Positions 63,693 to 64,000 of a stretch of 64,000 nt of DNA are shown piece by piece (within the stretch, counting starts at the first letter, position 1; each line of letters begins with the position of its first letter). The notes under the pieces were generated by a model. It was not told the DNA's origin and ran no database searches. It saw only the letters and a list, made by a program, of their open reading frames with translations. Origin of the DNA: a virus; the IMG/VR virus record IMGVR_UViG_3300044712_000429, positions 6,036 through 70,035 of that record, one strand, 5' to 3'. Made by a program: the position numbers and the translations under genes.

Positions 63693-64000
63693 GGTTCCGA
63701 AGTTTGGAACCCGGGTTCCGAAGTTTGGAACTTTTGAGGGGTCTGCATAAGTATATGCAAATCGGCGAATATTCGGAAAGCTCTATGTAGGAGTGGTTAC
63801 TAACGTTGCTGGTGTCATAGAAATGACTGCGGTTCGGAACTTTAGGGGGTCTGGTTCCAAAGTTCGGAACCGTGTAAGTGATTGATTACAGGAGGGAAAT
63901 GGGAAGAAAGTTCCGAAGTTCCGAAGTTTAGAGATATTCTTACGGAAAAAAGAAAATGATGGCTAGACCCAAGTCGATGTTTGTGTGTAGTGAGAGTTGG
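63693..64000. repeat. GTTCCGAA iteron-like element B, homolog of element A, cut by window edge
   Basis: GGTTCCGAAGTTTGGAAC at 63693 and 63714, GGTTCCAAAGTTCGGAACC 63853, IHF-consensus TAAGTGATTGATT 63875, AAAGTTCCGAAGTTCCGAAGTTTAG 63907, GACCCAA 63966. Confidence 0.85.

Larger units (their letters stand above)
1..64000. mobile_element. Tailed dsDNA phage genome segment, podovirus-like, probably temperate
   Basis: Portal, scaffold, capsid, lysis and ejection genes on +; replication and early genes on -; integrase and attP-like tRNA fragment; no host housekeeping genes; no tape-measure/sheath pattern recognised. Confidence 0.97.

Noticed and set aside
63981-63992. 11/12 complementarity between the tRNA-like loop and TTGTGTGTAGTG in the centre of element B
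   Set aside because: Low-complexity GT run, one mismatch, and absent from element A; chance is likely
1-64000. Stop-codon reassignment, introns or inteins
   Set aside because: Core genes are full length in the standard code and tightly packed; no interruptions noticed

Overview
The window is about 64 kb of a GC-rich dsDNA tailed phage genome with podovirus-like organisation. It is probably temperate, and the tRNA-His fragment points to a Proteobacterial host. The left half (+ strand, 1-31214) is the morphogenesis arm: portal, scaffold, N4-gp56-type major capsid, lysis genes, many fibre/LamG proteins and ejection proteins, including a 2179-aa protein. The right half (- strand, about 32200-63650) is the early/replication arm: primase-helicase, family B polymerase, SNF2 helicase, nucleases, ligase, ThyX, dCMP deaminase, MazG-like and DUF5664 hydrolases, a tyrosine integrase with a DUF4224 partner, and many small ORFs. 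No terminase or recognisable CI repressor lies in the window. The most notable observations are: (1) two homologous palindromic iteron/IHF-like elements 32.4 kb apart, one at each end of the replication arm; (2) an attP-like 3' tRNA-His fragment 12.7 kb away from the integrase; (3) a Gp49(PF13876)-RyR fusion in the head operon, a candidate dual anti-defence protein; (4) a tRNA-like RNA with an 11-nt CA-rich anticodon loop; (5) helically phased CTCT boxes at several putative promoters; (6) several structured intergenic RNAs; (7) a HicA/SymE/GNAT cluster. All family calls come from motif recognition by eye, not database searches. Several start codons were moved from the supplied ORF track using RBS and overlap evidence.
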